From an uncultured delta proteobacterium (GTDB lineage: Bacteria > Myxococcota_A > Polyangia > Fen-1088), in contig CAVWIP010000006.1 in the NCBI GenBank assembly GCA_963755125.1, positions 160,001 to 224,000 on the forward strand: a DNA stretch of 64,000 nt. The letters are read 5' to 3'. A program made the position numbers and the translations under genes. This document shows, piece by piece, positions 10,101 to 20,802 of the stretch. Every line of letters starts with the position of its first letter. The first letter of the stretch is position 1. The notes below the pieces were generated by a model. It was not told where the DNA came from. It did not search any database and saw only the letters and a program-made list of their open reading frames with translations.

Positions 10101-11151
10101 TGCGGGCGACCAGGCACGGGTGCGCAAGAGCGTAGCGGTCGGCCGACCCGGAGAAGGATTTTTCCAGAATGCCTCGACTGGTCAGCGGCGCGACCGCCTG
10201 TTCGACGGTAGCCTGGGGCAGGCCGGCGCGAGTCGCCAGTTCCTCCACCGTGGAGCTGGAAAGGCGGGCTGCTGCAAGCAGGATCCGCAAGGCCGGGCGG
10301 CCGCCGGCGTCGTGCACCGCCCGCTGGAAAAAGCTGTGCAGCAGCATGGCCGCGCCGCCGCTGCGCTCGTAGCGGCGCAGCGAGGTCAGCCGCAGCTCGA
10401 CGGCCATGCGGGCAACCATTTGCAGGTCAGCGGGCAAACAGCGACCGCTGCGACACAGGTCGCCAGCCATCAACGACGCCAGGCCAGCTTCGAAGAAGGT
10501 CCCGGTACCGACCGCGGTCTGTTCCAGGATCTGAGTGGCGCTTTCCTGGTCGAGACGTCCAAGCTCCATCCACGCCCCGGCCGCGGGCGTGAGATTGCAG
10601 GCGTTGTACAGGAGATCGAGGCGGTGGAAGGAACCGGTGTCCACACAGAGGAGAACCCGCAGTCGAGGCCCGGCTCCCTCGCTGACAGTGAGGAGCAGCG
10701 CGGCCAGTTGGTCGAGGGCGGAAGTGCCGGCATCCGGGCCGCAGTGGGAGAGAATGGTCTCCAGGTGGTCGAGGATGAGCAAAGTCCCGGCGTTTGAACT
10801 GCGCGCGAGTTGGACCAGATAATCGGCCGGGCCGTCACCAGGCGCGGGGGGCTCGCCGCGCACGCGTCCGGCGGCCTGCCACATTTCCTGCTCGATATCG
10901 TCGTAGGCGCCGAGGTAGACCGCGGTGACGTCGTGCCTGGCCAGCGCGGGTAGCAGCCCGGCCCGCAACAACGAAGTCTTGCCCACGCCCAACTCGCCGG
11001 TAAGCGCGACCACCCGATCTCCCTCCCTGCACACCAGGCGGTCGAGCGCGACGATCTCGTCCGCGCGGCCGAAGAACAGCGCAGCGCTGTTTTCATCGTA
11101 GGGAACGAGTCCCCGGAACGGACCGGGAGCCGGAATGCCGCCGACCGACAT
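7180..11151 (-). CDS. nSTAND1-like P-loop NTPase with TM helix and HEAT-repeat array
   Basis: PFRGL..Y...FFGR, Walker A GELGVGKTSLLRAGL, Walker B LLILDHLE, TM IGSAIVLLLAVLLALIF, many D....VR..A...L repeats. Confidence 0.85.
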   Translation of the reverse strand: MSVGGIPAPGPFRGLVPYDENSAALFFGRADEIVALDRLVCREGDRVVALTGELGVGKTSLLRAGLLPALARHDVTAVYLGAYDDIEQEMWQAAGRVRGEPPAPGDGPADYLVQLARSSNAGTLLILDHLETILSHCGPDAGTSALDQLAALLLTVSEGAGPRLRVLLCVDTGSFHRLDLLYNACNLTPAAGAWMELGRLDQESATQILEQTAVGTGTFFEAGLASLMAGDLCRSGRCLPADLQMVARMAVELRLTSLRRYERSGGAAMLLHSFFQRAVHDAGGRPALRILLAAARLSSSTVEELATRAGLPQATVEQAVAPLTSRGILEKSFSGSADRYALAHPCLVARIEEFAASEVGAAHDIRRTLRRRVLAGERLSLPEIRRVRHHLGGDLASDEASTLRRSIRRSALQIGSAIVLLLAVLLALIFEVRATYTLAFEPARDQPGSRVVARRGRRSLAFFNFLPAQSRRSSMIADTGFAAASVAADLASRIASGRATGSLDANQSARLPSWLRAVIDGLGPVPRGVSLVLLGEPNGVVSLKQAFADPASRRDALEALAVVGTGRAGEDEILAAALNDPSPDVRRRGVEVAAAIDRRQGKGAHAATLRAALADQSFSVRSAVLQECRDLDPNTTASILSVALADKDASFRRLAEASLLDLAARSPAAAADAVRLALWSSDGMARRTAIGLLDQIAVRAPADAATVLAQIASDETAPEEARVSALSFLRRTNAISNSLRPMLEKAVMPDASPRLRTAALPLYARLIEPAKVAELAQAASKGPPSGRVTGAALWGVAAIKQPDLASRPLKAFLYDQSPEVRAEAARGFGYLRREGPELVRKALLDPNTEVQKAGLDSALHLAVAQPGPIAELLGHVLANVRPGLRRFIVEALGEIGKTHAAAVLPALVRALKLGDVSTRGACARALCVVAAKSPAAASPYLRVAARDANREVRTEAASCLGSLTEGDPKGAARMAIELTSSDEQTVRAAAAASLGALAGRVHEIVLGPLITLLEDPERSVRVAAADALISYSKAGNSVGSHAGDLDKKLSTFFLQGDLDERLIALRVAAPAGLTSILRQAVRDGDDGLRLAAMKAAAGMQPPALEILQAGAEDRQGLVRAEAVRALAAASGTGPERVLPVFEAMLRSSDAATRQAGALALGDVTGAPDATAALLAGVLHQRGESVRAAAAEALANLAQRDPKAAGPFLEQAIGDPAHDVRAAAIRGLGTTWARQRQPAEVAEILESCETDSARRLVAVEALVIQASQTGDSKAGADAKQARSLLERLATSGPPLARLAAQVGRAFIGAKLEDMHAFFDRLYGG

Positions 11152-11232
11152 GCAAGACAGAATAGCCGCAGCGAGGGAGGAGGGAAGAGGAAACTGCGTG
11201 GGGCGGCGAACAGCGGCCGGCGGGGCGGGTTG

Positions 11233-11565
11233 CTACTCCTCGGTGCCGACCTCTGATTCGAGGATGACAGGCTCTTCGTCGTAGTCGGCGATCACGGTCT
11301 CGCGGCCCACGGCGTCGGTGGCTGAGGGCGGGAAGAAGCCATCGACGAGATCGGCTATCTCGTCATGTGAGGTGCCGCGTTTCACAGTGGCCAGAGCGTA
11401 GATCATGTGGCCGTCGTCGATGAGCGAGAGGTAGCCCACGCGGCGGCCGTCTTCGACGGACCAGAGATCCCATGCCTCGGCGTTGCGGGTGCGCGTCGCG
11501 CGCGTGGCGTAGAAGGTGCGTGGGTCGTGCCGGGTGATGGGCGTGATCTTGGGTTCACGGGGCAT
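11233..11565 (-). CDS. Hypothetical protein (110 aa)
   Basis: Globular-looking ORF with acidic C-terminus, directly downstream of the TldD-like gene. Confidence 0.7.
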   Translation of the reverse strand: MPREPKITPITRHDPRTFYATRATRTRNAEAWDLWSVEDGRRVGYLSLIDDGHMIYALATVKRGTSHDEIADLVDGFFPPSATDAVGRETVIADYDEEPVILESEVGTEE

Positions 11566-11654
11566 GGGGCCTTGAAGGTAGCACATCGCAGGCCCGCGGC
11601 ATGGCCAGGTAGTCTTCAGAGTCGAAGCGCCCAGCGCCGCGGCTGGCCTATACG

Positions 11655-13382
11655 CTACCGCCATGGCGCAGGCAGAATCGGCGGTCGCTCCATGGCCCGG
11701 CGGGTTCGCTGCAGCTCGATCTCGCTGATCAACACGGCGGGCGCCGCGGTCGACACCGGCACGTAGCCCGACTCGGCGCCGCAGTAGCCGTTGAACACCG
11801 CGCTCGTGTCCGAGGCCGCGAGGATACGATTGAGCGAGCCGATGGGCGTGCCGACAAATTCCACCCCACGCGCCAGGGTTTCCGTGCCGGTTTCCGCGTC
11901 CACCCGGTACACGATGCGAGGCATGCCCTTGAAGGCCTGGAAATCGTAGGTGGTGGTGTTGGTCTGGCCGCCGCTGATGTCAGCGATGATGAGCCCGAAA
12001 CTCTTCTTCTGCCGGCGGATCTCGTCGAGCAGCATCTCCTTGAGCTTGGCGTAGGGCACCACCTTGTCGGACTTCACGATGGTGCTGGCCATGCGGCCGA
12101 TGGGATCCAGCGTGCCCTCGGCGCGACCATGGCCGTTGGACGCAGGCGATCCCTTCACCGGGGTGCGGCTCTTGAGGTAGTTGCGCAAGATTCCGTGATC
12201 CACCAGGGTCACGGGGAACGAGGCGACGCCCTCGTCGTCGAAGTCGTAGTGGCCGTTGAGCGACACGCCATCCAGTTTGGCCGCCGACGGATCGTCGAGC
12301 ACGGTGATGAACGTCGGCAGGATGGTCTTGCCGATCTGGCCCTTGAAGGTTGCGCCTTCCTTGTTGTCGTTCTGCCGCTCGCCTTCCAGCCTGTGCCCCA
12401 GCGCCTCGTGGAAGAACACCCCGGCGGCCTCGGGCAGCAGGATGGCCGGGCCGTTGAACGGGTCCATCATGGGCGCCTCGCGCAGGCGCTTGACCTCGTC
12501 GGCAAGTTGCTTGGCGGTGCGCTCCAGGGTGGCGTCGTCGGGCATCTCGCCCTCGGATGCGCCGTAGAAGCTCTTGAAGTGGTTGATGAGCAAGCCGTCG
12601 GCGGCGCGCGCGTTGGCGGTCATGTGCAAGCCGTAGATGAGGCGCTCGTTCACCAGTTCGGTGCCCTCGGTGGTGACGATGAAACGGGTCTGGTGATCGA
12701 CGGACAGCTTGACCTGGGAATCGAAGATCTCCGGGTAGGCCTTGAACAGCGCGGAGACGCGGCGCAGGCGGTTCTCCCAGTTCGCCCGGTCCAACTTGAG
12801 CGTGATGGGTTTGTCGACGGCGTGCTGGGGCTTCTCGCGCGAGAAACTGGCCACCGACTCGTCCTCCACCATCTTGGTCACGCGGGCGCCGCGCTTTTTG
12901 TGCAAGGTGGCCAGCGCCTGCTTGTAACGCGCGTCGGTTTGCAGCCACAGCGTGGCCCGCAGCACATCCACGTCGTCGTCGATGGGCGCGCCCACCGGCG
13001 GCTCGTAGCGATCGAAGTCGTCCATGTCGAACACCTTCTCGGTGGTGTCGTCGGCGGTGTTGTCGAACTTGTAGCTGCCCACCCGCACTTCCACGTTGGC
13101 CTGGCGTAGGTGCTGGTGGCTGTCTTCCAGCAGGGCGCCGAAACGCGCGACCAGATCGTAGTCATCGTACTCGCGCACCAGATAGCGGATGAAGTACGGC
13201 CCGTCCTCGCCCGGCAGGCGCAGCTTTTCCTGGGAACGGATCAACTCACTCTTGAGCGCGCGCAGCAGGGCCAGTGGGTGGTCGGGCGCCGGCGGCGCGG
13301 TCTTGCCCGCGGCCAGCGGACCGGAAAGCGATGAAACTGCGAGCAGAGCAAGCAAACTTCGAATGACGTTCCTATGTGCCAT
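11655..13382 (-). CDS. tldD: TldD/PmbA-family metalloprotease with signal peptide
   Basis: HExxxH (FFHEALGHRLEG), DDEGV, SNGHGR, FNGYCGAESG..PVS. Confidence 0.85.
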   Translation of the reverse strand: MAHRNVIRSLLALLAVSSLSGPLAAGKTAPPAPDHPLALLRALKSELIRSQEKLRLPGEDGPYFIRYLVREYDDYDLVARFGALLEDSHQHLRQANVEVRVGSYKFDNTADDTTEKVFDMDDFDRYEPPVGAPIDDDVDVLRATLWLQTDARYKQALATLHKKRGARVTKMVEDESVASFSREKPQHAVDKPITLKLDRANWENRLRRVSALFKAYPEIFDSQVKLSVDHQTRFIVTTEGTELVNERLIYGLHMTANARAADGLLINHFKSFYGASEGEMPDDATLERTAKQLADEVKRLREAPMMDPFNGPAILLPEAAGVFFHEALGHRLEGERQNDNKEGATFKGQIGKTILPTFITVLDDPSAAKLDGVSLNGHYDFDDEGVASFPVTLVDHGILRNYLKSRTPVKGSPASNGHGRAEGTLDPIGRMASTIVKSDKVVPYAKLKEMLLDEIRRQKKSFGLIIADISGGQTNTTTYDFQAFKGMPRIVYRVDAETGTETLARGVEFVGTPIGSLNRILAASDTSAVFNGYCGAESGYVPVSTAAPAVLISEIELQRTRRAMERPPILPAPWR

Positions 13383-13444
13383 TGCGCCTCGGGGGTGAAG
13401 TTCGCTAGTCTGACCGCTTCGCAGCCCGAAAGAAAGCCGAAGCG

Positions 13445-14677
13445 ATGGCCAAAATCAACACACACTACCAGAAGCTGCAGGCTGGCTATTTGTTCCCCGA
13501 GATCGGCAAGCGCGTGCGGGCCTATGCGGCGACTCACCCGGCGGCTCGCATCATCCGTCTGGGCATCGGCGATGTGGTGCTACCGCTGCCTGCACCCATC
13601 GTGGACGCGCTCAAGGCCGGCGCCGACGAGATGGCCAGCAAAGAGACCTTTCGTGGCTACGGCCCCGAGCAGGGTTACGAGTTTCTGCTCGACGCCATCG
13701 CGGCCCACTACCGCAGCCAGGGCGCCCAGGTGGCGCCCGACGAGATCTTTGTTTCCGACGGGTCCAAGTGCGACACCGCCAACGTGCAGGAGATTTTTTC
13801 TCTCGACAGCGCGGTGGCCGTGACCGACCCGGTCTACCCGGTGTACGTCGACACCAACGTGATGGCGGGCCGCACCGGTCCGGCTGACGACAAGGGCCGC
13901 TACGCACGCCTTATCTATCTGCCCACCACGGCGGAGAACGACTTCGACCCGCCGCTGCCCGAGGGCCGAGTCGATCTGGTCTATCTCTGCTCGCCCAACA
14001 ACCCGACCGGCGCGGTCATGTCGCGCGCGTCGCTGGCGCGCTGGGTGGCCTGGGCCAAGCAGCACGAGGCCATCATTCTTTTCGACGCGGCCTACGAGGC
14101 GTTCGTGCGCGAGCCGGGCCTGCCCCGCAGCATCTTCGAGATCCCGGGCGCGCGCGAGGTGGCGCTGGAATTCCGCAGCTTCTCCAAGACCGCGGGATTC
14201 ACCGGTACGCGCTGCGCGTTCACCGTGATCCCGAAGGAGTGCAAGGCGCGCGACGAGTCCGGCGCGTGGGTGGCGCTGCACGGCCTGTGGAACCGCCGCC
14301 ACACGACCAAGTTCAACGGCGTCAGCTACCCCATCCAGAGGGCCGCAGCCGCGGTCTTCAGCCCCGAGGGCGCGGCCGGCGCGCAGGCCAACATTGACAC
14401 CACCATGGAAAACGCGCGCCTGATTCGCGAGGGTCTGGGCCGCGCCGGCTATCGCGTGTTCGGCGGGGTGAATGCGCCCTACATCTGGATGCAGGTGCCC
14501 GCGGGAATGACCTCGTGGCAGTACTTCGACCGCCTGCTGGCCGAGGCGAACGTGGTGGGCACGCCCGGCTCGGGGTTCGGAAGCTGCGGCGAGGGCTACT
14601 TCCGCCTGTCGGCGTTCGGCTTTCGTGAGAACGTGGAGGAAGCGATGGAGCGCATTCGGAGCAAGTTGCCAGCTTGA
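13445..14677 (+). CDS. dapL: LL-diaminopimelate aminotransferase
   Basis: [54 protein letters not shown]. Confidence 0.97.
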   Translation: MAKINTHYQKLQAGYLFPEIGKRVRAYAATHPAARIIRLGIGDVVLPLPAPIVDALKAGADEMASKETFRGYGPEQGYEFLLDAIAAHYRSQGAQVAPDEIFVSDGSKCDTANVQEIFSLDSAVAVTDPVYPVYVDTNVMAGRTGPADDKGRYARLIYLPTTAENDFDPPLPEGRVDLVYLCSPNNPTGAVMSRASLARWVAWAKQHEAIILFDAAYEAFVREPGLPRSIFEIPGAREVALEFRSFSKTAGFTGTRCAFTVIPKECKARDESGAWVALHGLWNRRHTTKFNGVSYPIQRAAAAVFSPEGAAGAQANIDTTMENARLIREGLGRAGYRVFGGVNAPYIWMQVPAGMTSWQYFDRLLAEANVVGTPGSGFGSCGEGYFRLSAFGFRENVEEAMERIRSKLPA

Positions 14678-14735
14678 CTCTGGCGTCCCAGAACCGCATC
14701 CTCGAAGCCCCCAAACCATTGCACAAGGAAGATTC

Positions 14736-15035
14736 ATGCCTGAGCAGAAAGCACCCGCCAAGAAGCCCACCGCCGCCAAAACCGTGAAGACCGTGGAGGC
14801 CGGCGGCAAGACGTGCCGCGCCCCCAAGTGCAAGCAGCCGGTTCGCGCCAAGGGCTACTGCCGCAAACACTACATTGGCTGGCGTCGCGAAAAGGTCGGC
14901 AGCAAGTTCCGCTACAAGATCTGCGGCAAGGAAGGCTGCCGCAAGCGCGCCGTGCTCGCCGGTCGCTGTGCCGAGCACAAGAAGGGCGCCGAGGCCACCG
15001 AGGCGGCCGCCCCTGCCGTCCCCGCCGCCACCTAG
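14736..15035 (+). CDS. Small basic protein with two CX4CX9CX2H motifs (myxobacterial 'vegetative protein'-like)
   Basis: CRAPKC...GYCRKH and CGKEGC...GRCAEH; Lys-rich; AAGGA upstream. Confidence 0.75.
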   Translation: MPEQKAPAKKPTAAKTVKTVEAGGKTCRAPKCKQPVRAKGYCRKHYIGWRREKVGSKFRYKICGKEGCRKRAVLAGRCAEHKKGAEATEAAAPAVPAAT

Positions 15036-15102
15036 CGGAAGCGCAGACGGCTGACGAGCGACAGCCTTGCTGGGCTGTCGCCGCCAGCTTCGAGTTCTCT
15101 CC

Positions 15103-16359
15103 ATGTACAAGATCGTCATACGCGGTGGCAACAGGCTGCGGGGCGAGGTGCGGGTTTCCGGCGCCAAGAACGCGGCGCTGCCCATCCTGGCCTCGTCGCT
15201 TCTCGCCAGCGGTCGTTCCACCTATCGCAACGTTCCTGATCTCGGGGACGTGGTGACGATGAAGAAGCTGCTGCGCCGATTGGGCGCCGACGTGGAAGGT
15301 GATGGCCGCACCACGGTGGACAGCACCCACATCACCAACTTCGAGGCGCCCTATGAGCTGGTCAAGACCATGCGCGCCTCGGCCTTGGTGCTGGGGCCGC
15401 TGGTGGGGCGCTATGGCCAGGCGCGCGTGTCGTTGCCCGGCGGCTGCGCCATCGGGGCACGGCCCATCGATCAACACTTGAAGGGCCTGACCGCGATGGG
15501 CGCGCGCATCGAGCTCGAACACGGCCTGGTCAGCGCCCGGGCCAAGCGGCTGCACGGGGCCACCATCGTGCTCGACCTGGTCACGGTGACGGGCACCGAG
15601 AACCTCATGATGGCGGCGGCGTTGGCCAAGGGTTGCACCACCCTGGAGAACGCCGCCTGCGAGCCCGAGGTCGAGGAGATGGCGCGCGTGCTTAACAAGA
15701 TGGGCGCGCGCATCCGCGGGGCGGGAACCTCGCTCATCACCATCGAGGGGGTGGATGAATTGCACCCGCTCGACCACGCCATCATCCCCGATCGGGTGGA
15801 GGCGGGCACGCTCATGGTGGCGGCGGCGGTGACCCGGGGCAATGTACTGGTCAAGGACTGCTTGCCCGAGCACCTCGATGCGGTGATCGCCAAGCTGTAT
15901 GCCGCCGGGGTGCAGGTTACCGTCGAAGGCGACGCGGTTCGCGTCGTCGGGCGTGGCGAGATCCGACCGGCCGACATCGCCACCCGGCCCTATCCCGGGT
16001 TCCCCACGGACATGCAGGCCCAGTTCATGGTGCTGATGGCGCAGGCGCGCGGGCAGTCGGTGCTGAGCGAGAACATCTTCGAGAATCGCTTCATGCACGT
16101 GCCGGAGTTGCGGCGCATGGGCGCGGATATCGTGGTGGAAGGCCATACCGCCATCGTGCGCGGTCCCACCAAGCTGAAGGGGGCCAAGGTGATGGCCACC
16201 GATTTGCGGGCCTCGGCGTGTTTGGTGCTGGCCGGCCTGGTCGCCGAGGGCACCACCGAGGTGTTGCGCGTGTACCACCTGGACCGCGGCTACGAGCACC
16301 TGGAAAAGAAACTGCGCGGGCTGGGCGCGGACATCCGTCGGGTCAAGGGCGAATTGTAG
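15103..16359 (+). CDS. murA: UDP-N-acetylglucosamine 1-carboxyvinyltransferase
   Basis: [28 protein letters not shown] (catalytic Cys), [26 protein letters not shown]. Confidence 0.98.
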   Translation: MYKIVIRGGNRLRGEVRVSGAKNAALPILASSLLASGRSTYRNVPDLGDVVTMKKLLRRLGADVEGDGRTTVDSTHITNFEAPYELVKTMRASALVLGPLVGRYGQARVSLPGGCAIGARPIDQHLKGLTAMGARIELEHGLVSARAKRLHGATIVLDLVTVTGTENLMMAAALAKGCTTLENAACEPEVEEMARVLNKMGARIRGAGTSLITIEGVDELHPLDHAIIPDRVEAGTLMVAAAVTRGNVLVKDCLPEHLDAVIAKLYAAGVQVTVEGDAVRVVGRGEIRPADIATRPYPGFPTDMQAQFMVLMAQARGQSVLSENIFENRFMHVPELRRMGADIVVEGHTAIVRGPTKLKGAKVMATDLRASACLVLAGLVAEGTTEVLRVYHLDRGYEHLEKKLRGLGADIRRVKGEL

Positions 16360-16410
16360 CCTGGCCCGCCGAGAGTGCGCGAAAAGCCGATCCCGGTTAT
16401 TCTAGTCCTA

Positions 16411-17109
16411 ATGGCACCGCTAGATTTGCGGGAAGAGTTCAAGCGCAACTTGCGGCGCCACCCGCGGGTTGAGTTGCAGGGCATCTGCGAGTCGGCCGCT
16501 GACCGTGAGAAGCTGGCGCAGTCGTTGCCGGTGTTTTTGCCGTTCAGGGGCAAGACCTACAAGGCCGCGCTGTGGGTGGCGGACTGGGACCATCGCCTGC
16601 CGTCACAGAACATCATCGTGCGCCTGTACGTCTACTACACCAGCCAGGGCACGCGCGTGGCCGAAGACAGCTTCGGCGAACGCAAAGCGCAGATTGCCGC
16701 GGAAACCATCTTCCCGGAGTTTGATGTGGCGGATTTTTCCGGCCTGCCCGCCGACGAGGTGTACGAGGCCGACGGGCCGGTGGGTGGGGAGCTCAAGGTT
16801 TTCCATCTGGTGAGCGAATGGCGGCGTGAGATCGAGCCGACCCTGGCGCGCAGGGCCGAACACATCGTGCGCGCCTCGCACCACTTTCAAGAAATCGCCA
16901 GCCAGACACGCGCGCGGCCGCCCGGGCTTGGCGATCTGGAGGCCGCCGAATGGTCCCCGCCCAGCGAGAGCGGATACAAGGGGTGGGGCCTGGACGTCTG
17001 GTACCTGCGCGCCTTCAACGGCATGGTGGGTGAGGGAACGGCCTTTCTGGTCGACCTCGACGCGGGCGAAGTGGTACGGCAGCGGGACTTCCAGTTCCGC
17101 GCAGGCTGA
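16411..17109 (+). CDS. Hypothetical protein
   Basis: Long ORF in the codon-biased frame following murA; TATTCT 7 nt upstream of the ATG. Confidence 0.8.
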   Translation: MAPLDLREEFKRNLRRHPRVELQGICESAADREKLAQSLPVFLPFRGKTYKAALWVADWDHRLPSQNIIVRLYVYYTSQGTRVAEDSFGERKAQIAAETIFPEFDVADFSGLPADEVYEADGPVGGELKVFHLVSEWRREIEPTLARRAEHIVRASHHFQEIASQTRARPPGLGDLEAAEWSPPSESGYKGWGLDVWYLRAFNGMVGEGTAFLVDLDAGEVVRQRDFQFRAG

Positions 17110-17112
17110 ACC

Positions 17113-18348
17113 CTATCTTGTCATCAGTTGCAGGCCGAGCAGGATCGCGTTGCCAGTGCGGCCCTGAACCTTGCTGTAGCAATAGTCCAGCGCCACGCGA
17201 GCGCGCTGGCCATCGATGACGTATCCGAGCTGCGCGTCGGCCAGCGCGTCGGTGTCGTCGGTCGCCCGATCATGTGCCTGCTGCAGGCGAAACAGGGGTT
17301 GGAACTTTCCCGCGCCGACTTCGATGGGCAGAAGGAAGCTGGCCAGGAAGAAGTAGCTGATGCTTTCCGGGGTGGTGCTGCCCCAGATCTTGTACAAGGC
17401 GGCCTCCAGGTCCATCACGCCGGCGGCGCCCAGGTTCTTCTCGAAGAACAGGTCGAAGTTCAGCTCGGTGAAGTCGGACCACTCCGACGTAGTGAGGTCT
17501 TCCCAGCCGTCGCGCTGGTGCTGAAGGCCTGCACCCAAGGCGAGGACGTCTTTGCTGCCGTAGTAGGTGCTGGCATTGCGGTAGCCGGGCTCGGGATTGA
17601 GCAGGCTGAGGCTGAGACGACCCGAATAGAGCGGGTGCTGGGTCGGATCGGCCAGGTTGAACGCACCCAGGTAGTACTTGAACGTGCCACCGCCAAGTTG
17701 GCCCCACAGGGTCACCCCGTCGCTGCGGCCGTGGGGGCCCTGCAGCGCGCCCACTGGCGGTTGCCCGGCAAAAAACTGGCCCGGGAAAAGCCAGGGCGCG
17801 ATGGCCCACTCGGTACTGAGACCGGATCGATCGGCAGGAACCAGCATGCGACCCACCCACAGGTTGAAGGCGTCGTGAAACTCGAACCGGCCGATGAGAT
17901 CGAGCACGGCAGCGCTCCCGCTGGTGTCGTAGTGGCCCGTCTCATCGACGGTGCCAAAGGTCCCGACGAAATCAGCCTGCCACAGGATGTGGCGCATGGC
18001 CTGGCCCGACAGGAGAAGTTGCACCTGGCCATCCATGCCCAGGTCATTGAGCTTGTCGGGCTTGCTGGGATTGGGATTCTGGATGCGCAGACCCAGCCGG
18101 GTGCCGACATCCGCTTCAAGCAACTTCGAAGGGGCCGCGATCCCGGACGCCGCCGGGGCCGCGGGGGGCGGTGGCGGCGCAGGCACAGGTGGAACCGCTT
18201 CCAGGACAGATGTGGGCGGCAGCGGTTCCGGCAGCAGGTCTGTCGCTGCTGCGGGCGCGGCCAGCGCCGGTGTCGCTCCCATGAGCGCAAGCGCGACGAC
18301 GTGTCCGATGGTTCTGCTCGCGACGGAACCTTTTCTGGGCTGACTCAT
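17113..18348 (-). CDS. Outer-membrane porin-like beta-barrel protein
   Basis: Signal peptide, Pro-rich linker, amphipathic beta-strands (FNLWVGRMLVPADR, KYYLGAF), C-terminal ILLGLQL. Confidence 0.7.
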   Translation of the reverse strand: MSQPRKGSVASRTIGHVVALALMGATPALAAPAAATDLLPEPLPPTSVLEAVPPVPAPPPPPAAPAASGIAAPSKLLEADVGTRLGLRIQNPNPSKPDKLNDLGMDGQVQLLLSGQAMRHILWQADFVGTFGTVDETGHYDTSGSAAVLDLIGRFEFHDAFNLWVGRMLVPADRSGLSTEWAIAPWLFPGQFFAGQPPVGALQGPHGRSDGVTLWGQLGGGTFKYYLGAFNLADPTQHPLYSGRLSLSLLNPEPGYRNASTYYGSKDVLALGAGLQHQRDGWEDLTTSEWSDFTELNFDLFFEKNLGAAGVMDLEAALYKIWGSTTPESISYFFLASFLLPIEVGAGKFQPLFRLQQAHDRATDDTDALADAQLGYVIDGQRARVALDYCYSKVQGRTGNAILLGLQLMTR

Positions 18349-18417
18349 GCTGCGCATACCGTACCGGAAAGACTTTCCCAAGTCGAACCGCGGCGGGTGG
18401 ACGGCAAACCACCCGCA

Positions 18418-19085
18418 TCATGTCTTGCGTAGGGGCGACCTGCGGTCGCCCTGTTCTTCTTCGGCCCAGCATCGATCCAGGACCGTGGCGAGATGGCGAA
18501 GCAAGGGCGTGAGCACCTCGGCCACGGCAACGGGCCGGCCGAGCACACCGGTCATCGAGTCCATGGTGGAGGCTGAAAGGCCGCAAGGGTTGATGGCGGA
18601 GAAGCGTTCGAGGTCGGTGCAGACGTTGAGCGCGAAGCCGTGCATGGTCACCCAGCGGCGCACCGCCACGCCGATAGAGGCGAGCTTGCGCGGGCCAACC
18701 CACACTCCGGTTAGCCCTGGGCGCCTGTCGCCCTCGATGGTGAACTCGGCCAGGGTGCGGATGATGGCCTCCTCGAGGCGGCGCAGATACAGGTGCACGT
18801 CCCGCTCGTCCTCGCGCAGGTACAGGATGGGGTAGCCGCAGAGTTGGCCTGGCCCGTGGTAGGTGACGTCACCGCCGCGCTCCACTTCGAAGACCTGCAT
18901 GTCCGCCGAAGTGAGCAGGTTCTCACGGTGCGCGCCGCGGCCCACGGTCAGGACGTGCGGGTGTTCCACCAGCACCAGGGTGTCGGGTACCTCATCGCGC
19001 TGGCGAGCCGCCAGCAACTCCTGTTGCACACGCCACGTCTTCGCGTAGTCCCGCGTGCCGAGTTCGATGATCCGGGCCGGCTTGC

Positions 19086-19089
<4 letters not shown>
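18418..19089 (-). CDS. lipB: Lipoyl(octanoyl) transferase
   Basis: EHPHVLTVG, RGGDVTYHGPGQL, GVWV...KLASIG, HGFALN, INPCG; GTG start overlaps the gltA stop. Confidence 0.95.
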
Positions 19090-20393
<1,304 letters not shown>

Positions 20394-20421
20394 GACAAGC
20401 TGAAGTCTTGGGCATAAGGCT

Positions 20422-20436
20422 CGGCTTGACAAGCCG
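20422..20436. promoter_or_regulatory. Palindrome CGGCTTG-A-CAAGCCG containing TTGACA; candidate operator or promoter
   Basis: Perfect 7-bp arms in the divergent intergenic region between gltA and the PhaR-like gene. Confidence 0.4.
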
Positions 20437-20531
20437 TAAGGAAACAGGCTGACTCTCAGTCGCCAACGCATTGCGCCTATGAATATTGATACAGGGTGGC
20501 GAAGTCCATTGGCCGTGTAATGCTTTCCATC

Positions 20532-20774
20532 ATGCGAACCATTCGGCGTTACTCGAACCGCAAACTGTACGACACCCACGAGAGCCACTACGTCACGCTG
20601 CAGGCGCTCGCCGCGCTGGTCCGTTCCGGCGAGGACTTCCAGGTGGTGGACCACAGCACGAACCGCGACCTGACCACCGCGACTCTGGCTCAGATTATCT
20701 TCGAGGAGGAGAAGCGCGGATCGCGCCTTCCCGCCACGGAGCTTCGCCGGATCATCCAGAGCGGCACGATCTAG
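20532..20774 (+). CDS. PhaR-type (PHA regulator) N-terminal DNA-binding domain protein
   Basis: IRRYSNRKLYDT..SHYVTL, DLT..TLAQIIFEEEK. Confidence 0.9.
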   Translation: MRTIRRYSNRKLYDTHESHYVTLQALAALVRSGEDFQVVDHSTNRDLTTATLAQIIFEEEKRGSRLPATELRRIIQSGTI

Positions 20775-20802
20775 TGCGCTAGCATTAGAAGCAGCCGGCC
20801 AG

